The notes beneath the pieces are model-generated. The model was given only the letters and a program-made list of their open reading frames with translations. It was not told the DNA's origin and did not search any database. A stretch of DNA of 64,000 nucleotides from Fimicolochytrium jonesii (Eukaryota), in the NCBI RefSeq assembly GCF_025526975.1, contig NW_026515691.1, positions 310,001 to 374,000 on the forward strand, in the 5' to 3' direction. Shown here piece after piece: positions 48,766 to 60,660 of the stretch. The number at the start of each line of letters is the position of its first letter. Position 1 is the stretch's first letter. The position numbers and the translations under genes were made by a program.

Positions 48766-50214
48766 CCTTCTCGAACTCCTTTTCGACACATGCCACGTTA
48801 AGCTGGTCGTTGACGGCATCTGGGATGAACAATTCCATCACAACAACCGTGAACCACCCAAGCCAAAGCGCGAGTTTGCGATTACCTCTACCACTAGCGC
48901 GTCCTCGTCAGGACATATACTGGACACGCTGGTCTGGCTTCAGGAAGGGGGTGGGCAAATGATGGGGACCGTGGGTCATAACATTCGCCCGCAAGACCTG
49001 GAAAAGTGGACCGACCCTCCCTTCCGAGCCGGTAATCGCGCTAAGCGAAAGGCATGAGGGATTCGGCTACGATGTGAAGGCTGCGCGGGGACGAAGGGAG
49101 CCGAGAATTCAGCAGTACTAGATGCAAGGGATGAGGCATACGTCGGAGAGGCGGACACGACGATCGCTTACGAAGGAGACGAAGTGAGTCCATGCACTCT
49201 TTGTAAAGCACATACTCACCATCCCAGTCATGGACCGCAACGACCCCAGAACCGGAGCGACCACAAACAAACAAATGGTTCTATTGGACGCATCACTATC
49301 GCATGCATAGTCCCGGACCGCGGACGAAGACCTTCATAAACAAGATATGTGGAGACCGATAGTCATCCCATCGCGATCTCGGCGACATTCCTGACAGGTA
49401 TTGGAGAGTGCAAAAAAACTGCTTTTCCCTGTGCTACCGACCTACCTCGATCAGATCCGCCGCCACACGCTCACAGCCGCGCGCTCATGGATAACGATGG
49501 TGTTGGTAAAGATCTGCGAAAAATTCACTGTGCGCACCGAAAAGCAGTACAGGGCCCGCTCCGAGAGCGTCCGGGGGGGCCATCCGATTACGTTATGTTC
49601 CTTTGGGTGCTCAGGAAAGAATTATACCACATCCAAACGCCCCTTTGCTGCCGCGGAGCACATACTGTTCACGCTGTATCCCTCGATCTTGTAAGTGCTC
49701 AGCAAGCGCAGAATTTCCAATGCGCACGAGGCTCATCGGATGGGTAAATTCAGCGACCGGAGGTTTTCCCATTTACAGAGTTTGTTCTCTCCTGTAAAAG
49801 ATGGCGAGATGAACGGGAAGTTAACGAAAGACGTCGTCGATAACCTTATCTGGAAGCGTCGGGAGGGGAGAGGGCCGTTAGCGGGAGTGGATGCCTCGGT
49901 CATTGCTGAACAGAGGGTTGTTGGTGATGGGTCTGCGGTCCACGAATGTTCTCGCCGTCGAGCAAAGTCAACGTCAGTCCAAAATGTGACGAAAGATGAG
50001 ATGTGCATTTGCGTTTGTTCCCACGTCAGCCAAAGAGCCAAAAGCCGAGCCAAACCACAAGAAGGACATCGCAAGCCCCCAGGTCATAATACACTACTAG
50101 ATAGGGTGATAGGTACTGCTTGGAGGCAGCATGTGAGCCTGTGCCTATGACGCTGCAAAAACAACAGCGTCACAGACAATCCCTGCGAGCAACCTTGAAA
50201 CTACCCACCCAACC

Positions 50215-51471
50215 ATGACTTGGACGTACACCCTAGCAAGGATTTTTGGGTAGGGTTGGTCCTGTTGTTTTGAATGTGTCCCGACTCGTTCTCATCCCAG
50301 TTACGCAAACAGGAGCTTTATTGGTTACGTATGTCCTGCGTACTACTCCTATAAGGTGTGCTTCTTGGCCCGACTGCGATTGCGAAGATGGCGTGGATGA
50401 GGACTTCCCAAGTTGATCAAGTCTTCAATGCGTGCTTGTGTAGGCGGTGAAAGAAAGGAATGAGGAGGCTTTGGACTGGTGGTTGATACATTGGTGTGTA
50501 TATCACCCTTTCCGCCGACGGTTTCGTCCGTCATAAGTGGCTTTCGTGTCGCTAGACAAGCTTTCCTGACGGACACTTTCTGTATGCTCGACTTTCACAT
50601 CCATTTTAGGATGGTCATCAGCGCATTTACCGTTTTTGAGAACATCGGAGATACGCTGTTATTCTGGTAAGCAGTCTCCGGCATCTGATATACCTGCTCC
50701 ATCGGTCGCACACTCTCATGAAACGTGGTCTTTAGGGTCCCACTTTACTTTGAGTTGAAGCTTATGATCATAATCTTGCTGGTGCTTCCATGGACAAATG
50801 TAAACAAGCCATCGTGTATCCTGTTGCTATGCGACCAGGCTAAACGGCTCTGATCTTACATAGGGTTCAACGCTCATCTACAAGCACATCCTTCAACCGA
50901 CATTAACGCGCCATGAACCCAACATCGACAATGCGTTGACGAGAGCGCAGAAAGCCACCGCGCGGTGGTTTGTGAAATCTGGGGAAACAGCCTTCGCAAT
51001 GTTGCGGAACGCCGTGGTCGAGGCTTTGCTAACCGTATGTGGACCGCCGGGACAATATTGCGGTACATGTATCGCTGAATCTATTCTCATCATTGCCTCT
51101 TCAAATAGGGACAAAGCGCTATCACACTCCCAGGCAGACGGCTATCGCGCTCCCTCGCCGCCGCCACCTCCCACCGCAAACCGAACCCCCGCATCGTTGA
51201 GGTCACATCCGACGACGACGACTACAAACCATCCCCTACCGCTTCGCATCTCTCCCCACCCGCAGTCACCCGCAGCCGCGCATCCTCCTCCGATCCATCC
51301 ACATCACCGACGTCTGGCCGATCGCCGAGGAAGAGAGCGGTAAGGACATCGCAGGGCACGAAGGGTGGGAGTGTGCGCGTTACGAAAACCCGAAGGCCGT
51401 CGACTATACATGGTGCCCAGTGGCCGGTGCCGCCGGATAAGAAGAGTGGTGGTGGGAATAGATCGGATTGA
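50215..51471 (+). CDS. TB2/DP1/HVA22 (REEP) family ER-shaping protein, REEP1-4-like with a disordered C-tail; 7 short exons (largely missed by the ORF track)
   Basis: Spliced: MTWTYTLARIFG/SFIGYVCPAYYSYK/AVKERNEEALDWWLIHW/MVISAFTVFENIGDTLLFW/VPLYFELKLMIIILLVLPWTN/GSTLIYKHILQPTLTRHEPNID...ALLT/GQSA...GGNRSD-stop. All six introns are GT-AG and frame-consistent. Confidence 0.88.
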
Positions 51472-51874
51472 AAGGTTGTCCGTCTTTTGAATCCAATACC
51501 ATCTTGTGCATGGCGGTTGGCCTATGTTTCGAACGATGCCTACTCCACCAAGCCTTGTTATCTTCCCATGGTCAGCTGCAACCCATTGAGCTGTAATCTC
51601 GTCGCATTTCTCATAACATTCAAAGCAAATAAAATCTTTCACAAAAACAATCAATACAAACTATCCCGACCAAAATCATTAACGCTACCAAGGCATCAAA
51701 AAACGTCCGGTAAACAACACATCAGCCGTGGGGGCGGGGAAAGAAGAGGGTATAACAGGGGGCGGGGGGTATATGTCCAGATCCAAGAGCAGCATCAAAC
51801 TCCGACTCCCAAAGAAAGTGTCCCTCCAACCACAACGTCGACAGCCACACGCACATCTCGAACCCGACCGATCG

Positions 51875-54800
51875 CTACGTGAAATACATCTTCTTCTGCA
51901 ACTCCTCCGAAACACGCGCAATCTGCATGACGCCGACCCTCTTCTTCCCGCGCGCGGCAGCGCCGGCGGCATCCGCGTCATGTTCAAACGGCCCCGCCGG
52001 GCGGCTGTTGTGTGCGGCCGACGCCGCGTGGCAGCGGGCGCGTGCTGCGACGAGGTGTGCGTAGTACGCGGGCGGGACGATGCTGACGGAGCGTGAACTG
52101 CGGGTGGGCGGGGGGATGTTGGTGGGTTGGGGGAGATTGGAGCGAGGGGGGGTGGGGTACGAACACAGGGGTACTCTCTTTTCCCTTACCTCCTGGCGTA
52201 TAGATAGCACAGCCGGTAAGTGAGCTCCTGCATATCGTCCGCGGTGAACCGGTTCTCGTCGTACAGCACGTGGTAGTGTGCCGGTTTGGACGTGCCTTGT
52301 AACCCAGCGTGCGAGGTCAGGTAGAAGTCGAATTCTGTTGGGTGGCATATATCTAGGAAAAAAAAATACGTGGGTCGTTGGATCTCAGGTTTGCGGAGGC
52401 GTAAGGACTTTTCATGTCACATACCGGAATCAACGACAGTCCCCGGCACCACATTCCCCTTCCGATCACACACCGGCCGTCCCCTCGCCGCCTCCGCCCC
52501 GCGGTCCCCCCCGGGCGGCACAACCGGAAACACCCTAACATGATGCCTCTTATTCACCACAAGAAAGGTCACCCCACACCCCTCACACCCCTTATCCCTC
52601 ACGGCCTTCTTCAAGCTCTGAATCTCCTGCACAGCAACCTCCGTAAACTGTCCCTCGGAAACGCCATCGCGATAAAAGATGATTTTTTTGGGGTATGTGC
52701 CGTTGCGCTCGTGGAAGAGGTCGAGGAGCTCGTGTGTCATTGAGTACAGGTCGGTGATGATTTCTTGCCGTGAGCCTTGGATCCGGATCGAGGCGCGGTA
52801 CTCGCAGAATTTGGAGTCGATGCTGCTGACGACGGCGGCGATGGAGCGGCCTTCGACGGTGCCGGGGGGTGGGTGGGTGACGTCGGCGCCGAAGATCATG
52901 GTGGGGAGGAAGGTTTGGTGGTTGGGGTAGGATGTGTGGAGGTGTTCTTTGGTTGCCGTGCCTTTGCCGGTGTCGTGGCAAGGGGTACTGGGCCCGTTGA
53001 GACAGCGGAGTTGACGTAAGGGATCGAGGAAGACGTTGACACCCCCGAGCTTGGCGTTGAGTTTGAGGAGGAGGTTGCCGATGTAGCCCTGGTCGAGTTT
53101 CATGACTTGACGCGACATGGCGCATTGGGTCATCAGGCCCATTTCGGTCTCCGAGATGCGCTTGATGTCGCTGTAGATCTGTTTGAACACACCGTGAAGA
53201 GGTGTGAGCGAAACGTTGCATCTCCCTTCTCTCGCCCTGCGGCACTTTTCACATACCGTATGTTTGTGACTAATAACGCAAATCACCAACTGCACCTCAC
53301 TCGGCCTAATCATCCCTTCTCCCTCTCCAACATCCATCAACGCGCGATCAGCCGCCAAATGGAGCGTAGCGCCCACCTCACTCCTTGCAGGGCCATACAC
53401 AATCTCCGGCCGCGTGTTGTGCACGGTCATGCCCTTTTTCTCCATGGCGTCGATGAGCAGGAGGACGAAGGATTGGATGGTCGCGACGGGGATCTCGCGT
53501 TGGTCGCCGAAGACTGCTATTGACCTAATGAAAATGTGTCGTTGTCAATTCCAAATCCCTCATTGCACGTTGCTTTCCAACCCGACCCAAAGAAACCCCC
53601 CAAACCTACCAAAACCGTAAACTGGCCCCCCTCGCAAACTTCAACCCCCCCTCAATCTTCCAATTCCCCATGTCCGGCACCTCCGTCACCGTCTCCTCGG
53701 TCCCCTCCTGCGCGGGGTCCTCGTTGGGCTGGAACGACAGCGACGGCGGCGGGAGGATACGTCCGGGGATCTCCATCATGTGCGGTTTGAGGGTCACGCC
53801 CCAGGCTTCGAGGTGGGGGATGTCGTTGTGCATTATTCTTTCGAAAGGAGAAAAATCGTAAGCACAAAAATCCTGAACGGCGCGCGCGTTATAATTTGAA
53901 ATAGGAAAATGGCAAACCGCACCTCTTCCCCTGCTCGATCCGATACGACCTCTGTTTCGGCAGCAGCGCGGTCACCCTCACCATCTCCGCCGCCTGCCGC
54001 TCATTCAACCTTGCCGTATGTCTCTGATTCGGCCTCACAACACAAAGCTCCATCGGAATAATAATATCCAAATTCGCGCCGGTGGCCACACACGGCAGCT
54101 GCGGGTAACACAATCTAATATTATAATGTTCCCGAAAGTACTGTTCGACAGAGACGTAGGCCGTGGTGTTGGTGAGGGTGTTGGTGGTGGTAATGTAGGT
54201 GAGGAGGGCGGATTTGGGGGTCAGGGCTTTGATTTTGTAGCGCCGGCGGCCGGTGGTGCGGTAAGTGATTTCGATGGAGAGGTCCCGCAGGAATTTGTCG
54301 AGGCGGGTGTGGTCCCGGGGAGAGGAGAGGGAGACGTGGGTGATGTGGTCGCGTTGGAAGAAGTGGGAGACGACTGTCAGGAGGGGGCCTGTGGGTGGGG
54401 AGGTGATGCGGGGTTGTTAGCTCCCTCATCATGAAACAGATGTGCCGGGCTGGCGGCCTAGCGTCTAGAATAGGCGAAAAGCGCGATCCCCGACCCATCT
54501 TACCAGTCTGATAAAACGTAGTACTCGAAACATCCAGATTCAACAACAACTGTCCCTTCGTCGCCCGAATACTCTGAAACCACCCCGGATGCACCGCAAT
54601 CCCTCCCCTAATATCAATCGCGCCGTCGGAGGTATAGAACCCGCCGCCCGTGCTGCCTGCCTCGAGGAGCAGCGTCGGGCGGTGCCGCAGCATGACTTCG
54701 AGGACCATGACGGTCTCGCGCGGGAAGTCCGGGGTCGCGCCGGAGAGGAAGGCGTGCAGACGCGACATTTGGATTTCGGCGACTTTGCGAAGGCGGAGTT

Positions 54801-55857
54801 TGTACTTTTGGGGCCCTCTGAGAGAAAAGATGCCTTAGCATTGGGAAATGTGGTGATAGTACGTGTTTTACAAGCCAAGACGAACGTCTTCCCACAGCTC
54901 ACCTATTCTTCGGATGACATCCCATACTCTCCACAACCTCCTCCTCGGGCAGCTCCACCACAAACGTCTCCTCTGGCCTCGTCTTCCCACGCACAGTGAC
55001 ATTATTCGCCAGTGGGAAGTTCTGTGGCATGAAGAGGTTCTTGCGCCCGTCGTATACGGCAGTCGCGGCGATGGCGGCGAGCTGTGGGGAGCGAGGCGTG
55101 CGTTTCCACACTTCCATTACTTTGCGGTTGATTTGCGCCATGTCGTTGGGGTGGACTTCGACGTCTGAGAAAACGGGGGGTGGAGAGGCGAAACTGGGTC
55201 AGAGATGATACATCGTGAAGGGCTTCGATGGGCTCAACAAAGAAGAGCCATTATTCCTCCCCGCCATGCCATGCCACTCTCCTCCATCCACCCCCACAGC
55301 CCGCCACCCATCCCTCTCCTCGCAAAAAACCTACCATAATGATGAATCCGAATATCCTCAAACCCCAATTTATAAAAATTCGCCCTCAACTTCACCAGTC
55401 GTCCCCTAACCCCCACATTTGGTCTCACCGGTCTCGCCAACGCCGCCAACGCCGCCGGATCCTTAATCTTGGTCGCAGCGGGTCCATTGCCGCGCGCACG
55501 GGGCAGGGAGGCGATTGTGAGTTCCGAGAACTGTTGATGGGTGGGAGGGCCCGGGGGCGGGTAGTGGTAGGCGGTGGCTTCGGCGGGTGGGGCGATGGGT
55601 GGTGCGGGGGAGGGCCAGTGGTAATAGGTGTTTGGGATGTAGCCGCCCTCGGCTGTAGCGACGGTTTGGGGGAGGTAGGGGTGAGCGGTGTGTGATAGCG
55701 AGGTGGCAAGCGGTTCATAGGGTGGGGCGGCGGGGTTGAGGAGTCGGGGGCTGTTGCGGCTGCTGGTGTTGCTTTTTGGGGAGTCCTTCTCCTTCGTGGG
55801 CGGTTGAGCGTCCGCTGCCCTGTCGTCAATGGCGGGTGTCACCTCGGTGGAAAGCAT
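51875..55857 (-). CDS. Eukaryotic Argonaute (AGO clade; N, L1, PAZ, MID, PIWI) with an intact DEDH tetrad; multi-exon
   Basis: [45 protein letters not shown]...[36 protein letters not shown] (D), RQEII (E), [12 protein letters not shown] (D), [31 protein letters not shown] (H), ending MYFT-stop. Confidence 0.96.
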
Positions 55858-56907
55858 CTTGGGATGATGATGACCTTACGACGCAGCCCGCCGCGGGGTG
55901 TGGGTCTTTTTGCCTAGGATGCTGTAAACGACTCTCTCTGTATCTCCCCACCAGCCTGCTGCGTGCGAGACGATTGGGCTGTAGGTTACTTTCCACCCGT
56001 TTTCGTCTGAGGCCGTGGATGATGCCCAACACTGGCTCTACTGGCTGGATATCTGCAACGGGCGGACGGTATACATGAAAGTGGCCGCCAACGCGAAAGA
56101 TATTGCCTCAGCGGCGTGGTTTGGCAAGCTCGCATATGAAGAGTGACCCGATGAGGAGCATGGATGATGGATGCAGCAGGGGGGGAAAGGGGTTGGGGTG
56201 GATGGTGGGATTCTGGCAGCGGGAAAAAGGGCAACGTGGACGCGCAACTGACGCGTTGGAAGGAGGAAAGGAGCCCACTCTGTGCGAGGCCACTCCCACT
56301 CCCACAGCAGTTGAACGCACTCCTCTTGTACAGTATATATGGCCGCCAAGCATATGTATTGCCAAGATCAACACATACGCCGCATAGGGTCCTCCCGTAA
56401 AGGACAGCGCGGAACCACACCGCATAAACGACGGAATGTCTAATATCTACACGTCTACCAAATCCAGCCGGAACCCTTCCTATTCATTTCCCTCCACCCT
56501 TAAACGCACTTTCTCGGGGGTTCTGCCGCTGCGGTCGGGTTGCGGGAAACGGAAAAATGAAGTACGGGTCGTAGATGCCGAACTATCCGCTTTCTACCGC
56601 TTGTGTGAGCGGTCCCCGAGTTTTCAGTTTTGTAATGGGGTAGAATTGTCACTTCACGCACCGCAGAGTCCGAGTTGATTCGGGGGTGGGAAGGAACATG
56701 CACTCTGTGGTGTACGCGGGGGCGGCGGGGCGGCGATGATGGCGGGACGATTGCCCTGGTTCCTTTCCACGCCCCACGCTCCTAGGTCCCCTCGCCCCTC
56801 TTCCCCACTGCACGTCCAACACCCCGAGATCCCACGCCTGTCGCTCTTTCCAATGTTTCAACATGCCTCGACCGGAGTCATACACTTTTTCGTCGATAAT
56901 CCCCCCC

Positions 56908-57956
56908 TCATGTGTTAGTCCCAGTCTTCCCAAACATCCCCGTCACACCCTCGCGCACCTCCTCCCCCATATCATCCCACGCCGTCCGCCCCGCATTATC
57001 CTGCACCCGCGGGTCAGCGCCCGCCCCAAGAAGGAGGTGGATAATTTCCGTGTTTTCCGTCAATACCGCTATTAAAAGTCCTCACAATCAGCAATTAACC
57101 TCAAATACCTTCAACCCCCACCCCAAAACCTACCATAATGCAAAGCAGTCAGCCCCTCCGCATCCCTCCCATTCACAGCTGTCGCATCATTCTCCAACAA
57201 CACCCGCACGATCTCGACGTGCCCGCGGTCAGCCGCCCAATGTAGGGGTGTCATCCCGTTTGAGTCCTGGGAGGCGGCGAGGGAGGGGGTAGTGGCGAGC
57301 AGGCCGCGAACGGAGGAGAGGGCGCCTTCTTCGGTATGGTGGAAGATGGTTTTGTGGGTGTCACTATGTGTGAGAGGCAGGGGTAGGTAAGGGGCGGGGT
57401 GGGGCGGGGATGTGAGACGGACTTCTGCGGGACACCTACTCAACGTCCTCACGATCGTTCTGCATCGTGCTTACAAACACCGAGCCTTTCGACGACGAGA
57501 CTTCGGGAGTCGCTGGCGATGTCTACTGATATCAAACGTGGGGTTAGGGATGACGCTCCCCCAGACAGTCCCCTTACTTTCTCGCGTGAATGAACCACGG
57601 ACCTCGGTCGCCGACCGACTACCCCTGTCACCCCTCCACCCCGTCTCCCGCCCCACAATCTCCACATACCCCCTCATCGCCTCCTCCCTTCCCATCCCCT
57701 CCAACTTCTTCCACGCATCCCACTACAGAAAAAAAACGCCATCAAAACCCATCCTTGAAACGCAATAACACAGTCACAGTCTTACTTTAGCCCTCCCCGT
57801 AAAATCCAGCAGGCCCGGTCGAGGGGTGTTGCATGCTCCGATGGTAGCGGTTTTGTAGAGGGCGTAGAGGCTGAGGAGGGTGGGGGTGGGCAGGGTGGGG
57901 TTGGAGTGGGTGGTGAGGTAGGTTGAGGCGGAGGTGAAGGCGGCGGATGAGTCCAT
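56908..57956 (-). CDS. Acyl-CoA-binding domain plus ankyrin-repeat protein (ACBD6-like); about 4 exons
   Basis: ACBP motif [35 protein letters not shown]; ankyrin motifs [48 protein letters not shown]. Confidence 0.9.
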
Positions 57957-58315
57957 TGTTTTGGTGACTGCAGTTGTTTGAGGGGATGGGATTCTGGTCG
58001 GAGGTGACGGAAGCTGGTTGTGTGGAACCCGGACGCTCGCCGGTTATCACAACAACTTGCCTTCGCGTCTCGCGAATAATGTCACGAACTTCATACGTCC
58101 GAGTCAGGCCTCAACAGGTTAGCCTTCTGCGATCTGTGAGGACTGACTATTCCGTGAAGTCGTTTTGGGTAGCAGATATGTGGAATTTCAAGTTTCGGAA
58201 AAATATGTACACTCCTGGGCGGCCCCGCTGGCGGTCCGCTATGGAAGCAACGCCTGGGTGTGAAGAATAGGAATTCGGTCGCCAGAAAACCCTCTTGCAG
58301 CAGTTCCCTGCCCTT

Positions 58316-59984
58316 CTACTCATCCCCCTCAACATCACTAACAACAATCTCCGGTCTTCCCTCCGGGCCCTCCGGGCCCTCCCCCACTTCCCCGCCCACC
58401 ACCTTCCCCATCTCCACATTGGGGTTCAACCCCGCAGCAACCATCGCCTTCCGGTCCTGCGCCTTATCCACCTCCTGTATATCCCGTACATTCGGGTCCG
58501 CTACGATATTACCCGGGGCCGCGCCGGCTGCCGCTGGTGTCAGGAGTGTCGTATCGTCATGTGTTGGAGAGGCGAGAGCGGCGCGGTCTTGGGTTTTATC
58601 GATCTCTGATATGGTCTGTGTTGGGTTTGGGAGGGCGATTTGGTTTGGGAGGGCGATTTGGGCGGGGACGGGCCCTGCGGCGGCAGGGAGGAGGGTGGTG
58701 GGGCTTGTTGGGGAGCGGGGTGTTGTTATTGTGGTGGTGGTGATGGGGGGGACCGAGAAGGAAGGGAAGAAGTGGGGCGGGGTGGAGGTTGGGGAGGGGG
58801 TAAGGTCGGCGAAACCCATGCGGAGGATCTTGCGAGTGTCGTGGAGGCTTTCTTGGAGGGCCTGGATGGAGAGCGAAAGATTGTTGGGAGGAGGAATTGA
58901 GGCCGTTGGGAAGGTGGGACTTACTTTTGAGCGTTGGATCATATGCGCGAGATCAGCATCGTCCGCGCCAGATAACCTCGCTATTTTCGCGTGCTCGCGG
59001 TTATGCAGCGACAATTCCAGTTTCGCGTCTCTAACCTCATCCTGCAACCTCAACACCTCCATCTCCAAATCACTCTTCCCGGCCAGCTCCTCCTCCAACG
59101 CCAGTACGTGATCCTGCATCGCCTGGTACTTCAACTTCCACTCGTCAGCGACAGCCTCTGAGATCCTGTGCCCGTCGACGCCTTCGGTGTTTGCGATTTC
59201 GAGCTCCGTGATGCGTTTGCGGTGGGCGTGGTCGGATTGGCGGAGGGAGTCGAGTTCGGATTGGAGGGTGGAGAGGCGGGTGGTGGTTTCGGATTTGTAG
59301 GCTGCGAATTGGGCCTAGGAACGAGGGAATGAGGATGGAGTGAGTCAAGTTTTCTTCGCTATTATCGGTGGGATGAAGCAAAGAGCGGAGCGACGGATGC
59401 CGTAGTTGGCTGCCATCAGCCGTCGGCCATAAACCATCAACTCTCAACCAACCATGAACAGACTGTACCCTGCTCGCTCCGCTCGCGACAAGGATGTTGT
59501 GCTGGTTTATGATCCGCAATCCTGGGCCAACGGCCCAGTTGTGCTCGCTATCGCTTCCACTCGGACCCCTCAAGCAATTCCTGCCTACGGCCCAGTGCAG
59601 CTCGCTTTCGCTCGCCTTCTCCTTGCTTCCGCTCGGAGCCCTCCAGCGTTCCTCGGCCTCCGGCCCAACCTCAAGCATCCCCTCGCTATCGCTCAGGGCC
59701 CTACCTTAATTTCACCATTCTCCTTGATAACTTTATCGGTAGCATATTGGAAGTCCTGAAGTTCCTTCTCCAGCTCCGCCTCCAGTTCCTTTGACTCCCT
59801 CTGATACTCCTCAAAGATATCCTTTGAAGCCTGCAGCTCTTCCCTGGTGACCTGGAGCTCCCGCTGGAGGGCGGCTATCTGGCTTTGAGAGGAAGTGCGA
59901 TGAGTATCATGGGGTGCGCGAGGGGAACGGGCTGGAAGTGCGGAAAACCACGTGAACAAGTTACCTCTCGGCGTCGGCAGCCAT
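58316..59984 (-). CDS. nudE: NudE/NDE1/NDEL1 dynein regulator homolog; 3 exons
   Basis: FEEYQRESKELEAELEKEL, LQSELDSLR...RKRITELEIAN and LEMEVLRLQDEVRDAKLEL match the NudE coiled-coil pattern. Intron 2 spans 59315-59704. Confidence 0.85.
59383..59696 (-). repeat. Intronic mini-hairpin-rich element, copy B (NudE intron 2)
   Basis: Minus strand reads GAGCGATAGCGAG, GGCCGGAGGCC, GAGCGGAAGCAAG, GAGCGAAAGCGAGC, GGCCGTAGGC, AGCGATAGCGAGC, CTGGGCC-GTT-GGCCCAG and GAGCGGAGCGAGC, with TGCTTGAGG twice. Confidence 0.6.
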
Positions 59985-60050
59985 TGCGTTGACGGAAGTG
60001 CCGTCGTAGCTGTTGAGAGGGTTGGAGAGGGTTGGAATGGGTTCCGTTTT

Positions 60051-60075
60051 GGGGGGGGGGGGGGGGGGGGGGGGG
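60051..60075 (+). repeat. Poly-G homopolymer (25 nt) just upstream of the NudE start codon
   Basis: Run of 25 G, read directly. Confidence 0.9.
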
Positions 60076-60378
60076 TGTTTCTGGAGAGGCCCTTATGCGG
60101 TGTTCTCGCAGTGGTTCTTTTTATGGCGCCTTCATTCAGCCTACGTCACTTGCGCACGCCCACATGCAAAACACCAGGAAGCGGCGGTCGTCGCGATCGC
60201 GAATCTCGCGCTGATGAGCCCCCTTCCGCACGTCCGATGCAAGAGCCTCCCCCCCCCCAAGCCCCCCAGTAAACAGCAATCTTCGCAAACAAGTCAAACG
60301 AGACAAAACTCCACCTCACTCTCCGCTGGCGATGAAACTCAGACAACGTCCACCGGCTTCGTTGGGCCCTGAAGTACA

Positions 60379-60660
60379 ATGTTCGTCGGTGTCCAACAGC
60401 AACTAACAACAAAATGTCCGCTAGACTGCGCCGCTTCTCAGGGGTTCATCGGATTCGTAAAGTGGTTTCACCAGAACTGCGAAGACGACGACGGCGAGCG
60501 AGGAGGATTCACTACAATGGCCTTGGACGTGGCGGCTGCAAGAGGCCATCTCCTGGTGGTGAAATACTTGTGTGAGAATAGGACGGAGGGTGGCACGAAG
60601 AGGGCCATCACCGACGCCATCGGACGGACGGGCATCGGATGGAGATTTCGCCGTTCGTGA
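60379..60660 (+). pseudogene. Ankyrin-repeat fragment of the 'NRTEGCT..AMD.AA..GHL.VV' repeat family
   Basis: CPLDCAASQGFIGFVKWFHQN...TTMALDVAAARGHLLVVKYLCENRTEGGTKRAI gives only about 2 repeats before losing the pattern. No convincing complete gene model. Confidence 0.6.

Noticed and set aside
51875..55857. Prokaryotic Argonaute defence operon interpretation
   Set aside because: The gene has spliceosomal introns and eukaryotic AGO-clade motifs, and its neighbours are ordinary eukaryotic genes.
58626..58662. 18-bp tandem repeat in the NudE C-terminal region (QIALPN twice)
   Set aside because: Ordinary in-frame slippage in a disordered tail.
60051..60075. Poly-G as a functional G-quadruplex regulator
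   Set aside because: Homopolymer length is unreliable in assemblies and G/C-rich tracts are common in this region; recorded only as a repeat.
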